A stretch of 64,000 nt of DNA from Alphaproteobacteria bacterium (GTDB lineage: Bacteria; Pseudomonadota; Alphaproteobacteria; SP197), in contig OZ219747.1 in assembly GCA_964291265.2 (NCBI GenBank), positions 1,600,001 to 1,664,000 of the forward strand, read 5' to 3'. Each line of letters starts with the position of its first letter. Position 1 is the first letter of the stretch. The translations under genes were made by a program, and so were the position numbers. The notes under the pieces were generated by a model. The model was not told the DNA's origin, did no database searches, and saw nothing but the letters and a program-made list of their open reading frames with translations. Below, piece by piece: positions 59,013 to 64,000 of the stretch.

Positions 59013-60019
59013 GGCGCGACGGCCGCCGGCCGTTCGTTCAGCACGTCTTCCGGCGGGCGCAAGCAGGTATAGGCGTGGCCGTCGTCCATGCGCGTCGGCT
59101 CGTCCCTCATGCCGGCGCAGGCGTCTGTCGCGTATTCGCAGCGATTGCGGAACATGCAGCCGGAGAGTTCGCCGACGAGGTTCGGCACGATGCCCGGCAC
59201 CGAACCCAGGCGCTCGCCGCGCCGGGTCCGGCCCGGAATCGGGATGCAGCGCAGCAGCCCCTGCGTATAGGGGTGCATGGGTGAATCGAAGACCGCCTCG
59301 CACCGGCCCTCCTCGACCGTCTTGCCCGCATACATCACCTGCACCTTGTCGGCGACCCGCGCGACGATGCCGAGATCGTGGGTGATGAGGATCATGCCCA
59401 TCTCGAATTCGTGTTGGAGTTCCGCCAGAAGATGGAGAATCTGGGCCTGGATGGTGACATCGAGCGCGGTGGTCGGTTCGTCCGCGATAATCAGCTCCGG
59501 TCCGCACATCAGCGCCATGGCGATCATCACGCGCTGGCGCTGTCCGCCGGACAGCTGATGGGGATACTGGCCGAGGCGCGAAGCGGCGGAGGACATGCCA
59601 ACCTTTTCAAGCAGGAACACGGCCCGGTCGCGCGCCGCCATGCGGTTCTGCTCCACATGACGCAGATAGACCTCGGAAAGCTGGTTGCCGATGGTGTAGG
59701 ACGGGTTGAGCGAGGTCATCGGCTCCTGGAAGATCATCGCCATGGAGCCGCCGCGCAAATGCGCCATCTCGCGCTCGCGGAGATGGCGGATATCGCGGCC
59801 GAGAAAGTCCATCCGGTCGGCGGCGCACCGGGCGGTCTTCGGCAGAAGCCCCATGATCGCGAGCGATGTCAGCGACTTGCCGCAGCCGGACTCGCCGACG
59901 ATGCAGAGCGTCTTGCCGCGCGAGACGGAAAAATCGATGCCGCGCACGGGATGCAGCATCCCGGCCGCGACGGGGATATCGACCGAGAGGTTCTCCACCT
60001 CGAGGAGGGTCCCGGACAC
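59009..60019 (-). CDS. ABC ATPase (DppD-like)
   Basis: [26 protein letters not shown]. Confidence 0.94.
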   Translation of the reverse strand: MSGTLLEVENLSVDIPVAAGMLHPVRGIDFSVSRGKTLCIVGESGCGKSLTSLAIMGLLPKTARCAADRMDFLGRDIRHLREREMAHLRGGSMAMIFQEPMTSLNPSYTIGNQLSEVYLRHVEQNRMAARDRAVFLLEKVGMSSAASRLGQYPHQLSGGQRQRVMIAMALMCGPELIIADEPTTALDVTIQAQILHLLAELQHEFEMGMILITHDLGIVARVADKVQVMYAGKTVEEGRCEAVFDSPMHPYTQGLLRCIPIPGRTRRGERLGSVPGIVPNLVGELSGCMFRNRCEYATDACAGMRDEPTRMDDGHAYTCLRPPEDVLNERPAAVAP

Positions 60020-60023
60020 CGTC

Positions 60024-60950
60024 TCAGCGTTCCCGTTCGAGCGTCACGTCGCGCAGCCCGTCGCCGAAGAGGTTGATCGCCAGCACGAGCATGAAAAGGC
60101 AGACGCCGGGCAATGCCAGAAGCCAGGGCGAGAAGAACATGTATTCGCGCCCCTCGCTCAGCATCAGGCCCCAGCTCGGCGTCGGTGCCTGCACGCCGAA
60201 GCCGAGGAAGGAGAGCGCGGCTTCGAGCAGGATCGCGTTCGCCATCTCGACCGTCGCCACCACGGTCAGCGACGAGAGCACATTGGGGAATATCTCGCGC
60301 ACGATGATGTAGGGCGTCGAGCAGCCTAGGGCGCGCGCTGCCTTCACGTAGTCGAGGTCTCGCGCCTGCATGGTGATGCTCCGCATCACCACGGCGAAAC
60401 GGTCCCACAGGAACAATCCAAGAACAATGATCACCACGGCCAGCGAGGCGCCAAAGGCCACCACCGCCGCCATCGCCACCAGGAAGACGGGCATGGCGAG
60501 CCGCGTGTTGATGACGAAATTCACCACCATGTCGACCCGGCCGCCGAAGTATCCCGCCGTCACGCCCAGAACCGTGCCGATGGCGCCCGAGATGAGCATT
60601 GTCGAGAAGCCGATCAGCAGCGATATCCGGCTGCCGTGGATGAGCCGCGAGAGATAGTCCCGGCCCACCTTGTCGGTGCCGAGGACATGCTCCGGATCCA
60701 CCTTCTGGTCATGCCAGAACGGGTTGGTCAGGCGCTTCGCAAGGTCCTGATCGTAAGGGTCGTGCGGCGAGAGCAGGGGGGCGAGGATCGCCACCGCGAG
60801 AATGGTGGCGAGGATGACCGCGCCGATCAGGAAGCTGTGGTTCCCGAGAATGCGCCGGAGGAGCTTGGACCAGGGCGAGGGTTCGAGAATGTCCTCGGCC
60901 GTCTGCCGCTGTCGCAAGACCAGAGATCCAGCGGCGCCGGTGTCGGTCAT
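60024..60950 (-). CDS. ABC permease (DppC-like)
   Basis: LGTDKVGRD, EAALSFLGFG, PSWG. Confidence 0.94.
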   Translation of the reverse strand: MTDTGAAGSLVLRQRQTAEDILEPSPWSKLLRRILGNHSFLIGAVILATILAVAILAPLLSPHDPYDQDLAKRLTNPFWHDQKVDPEHVLGTDKVGRDYLSRLIHGSRISLLIGFSTMLISGAIGTVLGVTAGYFGGRVDMVVNFVINTRLAMPVFLVAMAAVVAFGASLAVVIIVLGLFLWDRFAVVMRSITMQARDLDYVKAARALGCSTPYIIVREIFPNVLSSLTVVATVEMANAILLEAALSFLGFGVQAPTPSWGLMLSEGREYMFFSPWLLALPGVCLFMLVLAINLFGDGLRDVTLERER

Positions 60951-60959
60951 GGCAGCCTC

Positions 60960-61877
60960 TCAGCGCACCGAGATTCGCGGATCGAGCCAGGCGTTGAGCA
61001 GGTCGGCCAGCAGTGTCAGCACCACATAGAACGAGGCGAAGACCAGCACGATCGCCTGCACCACCGGCAGGTCCGAGCGCAGCAGCGCATCGTACGAGAG
61101 CCAGCCGATGCCCTTGAGGTTGAAGATCGTCTCGATGACGATTGAACCGCCGAGCATGAACCCGAACCACACCGCCGCGAGTGCGACGACCGGGATGATC
61201 GCGTTCCTCAGCGCGTGCTTGAAGAGCACCGCAGCCGGGCTCAACCCCTTGGCGCGCGCCGTGCGTATGTAGTCGGAGCCCAGCACCTCGATCATGCCGG
61301 CCCGGGTCAGGCGCATCAGCGCCGGCGTGGCGTAGTAGCCGAGGGCGATGGTCGGCATGACATAGTTGGCCCACTGCGTATGGCCGGAAATCGGCAGCCA
61401 GCGCCACCAGACGCCGAAGGCGATAATCATCATCAGGGCGAACCAGAAGGTCGGCAGCGCCTGGCCGAGAACCGCGATGAACAACGCGATCCTGTCGATG
61501 ATCGAGTTGGGCCGCATGGCGGCGAGCGTACCCAGAGGGATCGAGACGACCAGCGCGAACAGGATCGCCAGCGTGCCGAGCAGCATGGTGCGCCCGATTC
61601 GCTCGGAGATCATGTCGAAGACGCGCTGCCTGTAGTGGTAGCTCTCGCCGAAGTCTCCGGCGAGCGCACGGCCGAGCCAGTCCAGATACTGGATGTGGAT
61701 CGGCCGATCGAAGCCGTAGAGCTTGCGGATCGCCTGGATGTCCTCCTCGCTCGCCTGCTCTCCTCCGATGGTCAGCGCCGGGTCAGCCGAGAGGTGGCTG
61801 AGCGAAAAGGTCAGTCCCGACACGACGATCAGGATCAGGAACGCAACGAGGGTCCGCTTGAGCGTGTAGGCCGGCAT
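60960..61877 (-). CDS. ABC permease (DppB-like)
   Basis: YGFDRP, DYIRTARAKG, HALRNA, IETIF. Confidence 0.94.
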   Translation of the reverse strand: MPAYTLKRTLVAFLILIVVSGLTFSLSHLSADPALTIGGEQASEEDIQAIRKLYGFDRPIHIQYLDWLGRALAGDFGESYHYRQRVFDMISERIGRTMLLGTLAILFALVVSIPLGTLAAMRPNSIIDRIALFIAVLGQALPTFWFALMMIIAFGVWWRWLPISGHTQWANYVMPTIALGYYATPALMRLTRAGMIEVLGSDYIRTARAKGLSPAAVLFKHALRNAIIPVVALAAVWFGFMLGGSIVIETIFNLKGIGWLSYDALLRSDLPVVQAIVLVFASFYVVLTLLADLLNAWLDPRISVR

Positions 61878-61905
61878 TCCGCCGCTCTCCGACCGCTAGG
61901 GAAGC

Positions 61906-61934
61906 GGCAGGGCGGGAACGCGCTCCGCCCTGCC
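61906..61934 (-). promoter_or_regulatory. Intergenic hairpin after the SBP gene
   Basis: 10-bp stem GGCAGGGCGG / CCGCCCTGCC. Confidence 0.5.
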
Positions 61935-61965
61935 ACGCTGCATCTCCGGCAGGGGCGCCGTAGCG

Positions 61966-63510
61966 TCAGCTGGTCGCCCAGCCGTATTGCCAGAAGCGCG
62001 GGATTTCATCCTGGTAGGGGATGAAGTTCAGCTCATCGCGATAGGCGTAGTTGCGGACATGGTTGAACATCGGCAGCCAGTAGACCTCGCGCGTGATCTT
62101 CTCGACGGCCTTGCGGTAGGCGGCCTTGCGCACCTCCGGGTCGGAACTGGTGTCGCCTTCCTCGAGCCAGGTCGCCACATCGTCGTCGAGCGCGAAGTCG
62201 TCCGGCCCCTTCTTGAAGAAGTGGCTCGTGATCGCCGACATGTCGTTCATGGAATAGGAGCCCCAGTCCATCAGGAACATCGGCGTCGTGCCCTCGTTGC
62301 GCTGTTTGTCGCGCAGCGCGAAGTAAGGCAGCTTGGTGAGTGTCGCCCTGATGCCGACCTTGGCCAGGTCGCCCATGATCGCTTCGGCCCAGTCCGCGGG
62401 GCGGAAGGTGTAGAAGTCGATGTCGAACCCGTCCGGATAGCCTGCCTCGGCGAGAAGCGCCCTGGCCTTTTCGGGATCGAACTCGTATCTGACAGCCGCC
62501 TCGGCGTCGCAGCCGAACTGGGTCGGGAAGCAGGGTGTGTGGATGACGTCGGCGTCGCCGCGGATCAGGTTCTTGACGAGGGCGGCGCGGTCGATCGCGT
62601 GGGCGATCGCCTGGCGGACCTTGAGCTTCGTGGTCGGCTCGAAATCGCCGCGTCCGGCGGCGTCGAAGCCGATATAGCCGGTGCGCATCGTGCCGGCCTG
62701 CAGGGCCTTGTAGCCCGGCACCTGGCCGATCTGGTCCACATGGTCGGCCGATATGTCGGCTGTCATGTCGATGCCGCCGGCCAGCAATTCGGCGATCTGG
62801 GTCTGCACGTCAGCGATCTCGCGCACGACCATCCTGGAAACCTGCGCCGCACCCTTCGGGCTGCCCCAGGTGTAGTCCTCGTTCCTCTCGAAGACATACT
62901 CCTCGGCGGTCTTGATCGAGACAACCTTCATCGGGCCCGTGCCGACCGGCTCCCGGCCCATGCCCTCGGGGCCGACCTCGGCGTAGTACTCGTTCGGATA
63001 AATCGTCAGCGGCCCCGACAGAAACTCGAAGGCCTGCGGGAACGGTTTCTTCATGTGCAGGTTGACGGTGTACCGGTCCACCTTCTCGGCCCGGTCGATC
63101 CAGTTGACGTTGCGCTGCGCCTTGACGCCGTTGTCCGGGTTCGAGACCCAGTTCAGCGTGAAGACCACGTCATCGGCGTCGAAGGGCTCGCCATTGTGGA
63201 ACTTGACGCCCTCACGCAGCTTGAATTTCCAGGTCGTGTCGTTCAGCAACTCCCAGCTCGTGGCCAGCAACGGCTTGTATTCGAAGGTCTTCGGTTCACG
63301 GTAGATGAGCTGATCCCAGACCATGCGGCTGAACCAGATGCCCGTCCGATTGGTGTTGTAATAGCTGTCAACATTCTCGATGGGGCCGGTCGCCCCCCAT
63401 GCGACGACCAGCGAATCGTCGTCCGGTGCGGCGGCTGCCGAGACCGCGATCATCGCCGCCCCTGCGATCGATGCTGCGGCACCCGCAAGTTTCCCGATAT
63501 TCATGCGCAT
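61966..63510 (-). CDS. ABC transporter substrate-binding protein, family 5
   Basis: Signal peptide, LREGVKFHNG, PVGTGP, VRQAIAHAIDR. Confidence 0.93.
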   Translation of the reverse strand: MRMNIGKLAGAAASIAGAAMIAVSAAAAPDDDSLVVAWGATGPIENVDSYYNTNRTGIWFSRMVWDQLIYREPKTFEYKPLLATSWELLNDTTWKFKLREGVKFHNGEPFDADDVVFTLNWVSNPDNGVKAQRNVNWIDRAEKVDRYTVNLHMKKPFPQAFEFLSGPLTIYPNEYYAEVGPEGMGREPVGTGPMKVVSIKTAEEYVFERNEDYTWGSPKGAAQVSRMVVREIADVQTQIAELLAGGIDMTADISADHVDQIGQVPGYKALQAGTMRTGYIGFDAAGRGDFEPTTKLKVRQAIAHAIDRAALVKNLIRGDADVIHTPCFPTQFGCDAEAAVRYEFDPEKARALLAEAGYPDGFDIDFYTFRPADWAEAIMGDLAKVGIRATLTKLPYFALRDKQRNEGTTPMFLMDWGSYSMNDMSAITSHFFKKGPDDFALDDDVATWLEEGDTSSDPEVRKAAYRKAVEKITREVYWLPMFNHVRNYAYRDELNFIPYQDEIPRFWQYGWATS

Positions 63511-64000
63511 CTTCTCCGTGTTTGGGGCCGACGGGTGGTTCTCGCGCGGTGTTCCTGACCATCAAGGCCTGTATCCGGCATGTGCCGACAGGCCGCCGCG
63601 CCCAAGCATCCCCACAGTCGTTGACGACATGGGACCTCCCGTCGGGGTTGCTGAACGATACACCATCCCGCCCCCCTGTCAACGCGCGATTGGCCGTGTC
63701 TCGAAGCCCGGCGGGCGTGAACGGGACGCTCCGCGCCGCAGGTCTCGACCCAGACAGGCTGGCGCGGTTTCTGGGCCAGGCGGCGCTCCATGTCGATGTC
63801 GTGTTCGACCTCACTGCGCCGTTTCCCTTCCGGCAGCTCGCCAAGCCGTCCGGAACGAGTGGGCCCGTTCTCCGTGGTCCTGACTTGCGTCCATGCCGCG
63901 ACACCACCCGACGACGTGACCGTGAGGTGTGTCATGACACGAACCTGGTGAAGCACGGATCCCCGTGTCAACGGACGTCCGGTGACGCTGCTCCGCTACA

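Noticed and set aside
358-63558. Many long antisense or overlapping ORFs (e.g. 358..1206, 5947..7314, 34433..36298, 38086..39993, 46766..48658, 61987..63558)
   Set aside because: These are shadow ORFs opposite well-supported genes in high-GC DNA, with no recognisable motifs.
63520-64000. ORFs at the right edge
   Set aside because: No recognisable motifs; they cannot be supported from this window.

Overview
High-GC bacterial chromosomal window. Gene content and synteny (pyk/glycerate kinase/N-formylglutamate hydrolase/DUF1244, fadD-pepF-AarF) suggest an alphaproteobacterium. Most of it is intact metabolic and transport genes: ppk2, pyk, narK-narK-narGHJI-PPIase, a PhyH/M24/acyl-CoA dehydrogenase/CoA-transferase catabolic operon and two peptide/nickel-type ABC transporters. 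Two accessory islands stand out. Island 1 (1-2400) holds a frameshifted Rpn nuclease with an intact nested RpnS-like ORF, bracketed by 131-bp IS66-type ends, plus a truncated DUF3644-like gene. Island 2 (about 19000-28450) holds the main find: a translationally coupled mukF-mukE-mukB operon of the E. coli MukBEF type, with a much shortened MukB, followed by a JetD/MksG-like TOPRIM nuclease gene. This looks like a MukBEF-clade Wadjet-like system, and mukE and the nuclease carry lesions. It is surrounded by a group II intron 5' fragment, MITEs, IS91/IS66 remnants, a DUF429 nuclease and a DUF3991-Toprim gene. An unusual HTH + DUF427 + DUF4379-like fusion lies divergent from the nar operon. No rRNA, tRNA or CRISPR array was seen. 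All family assignments come from motif recognition by eye; no database searches were run.
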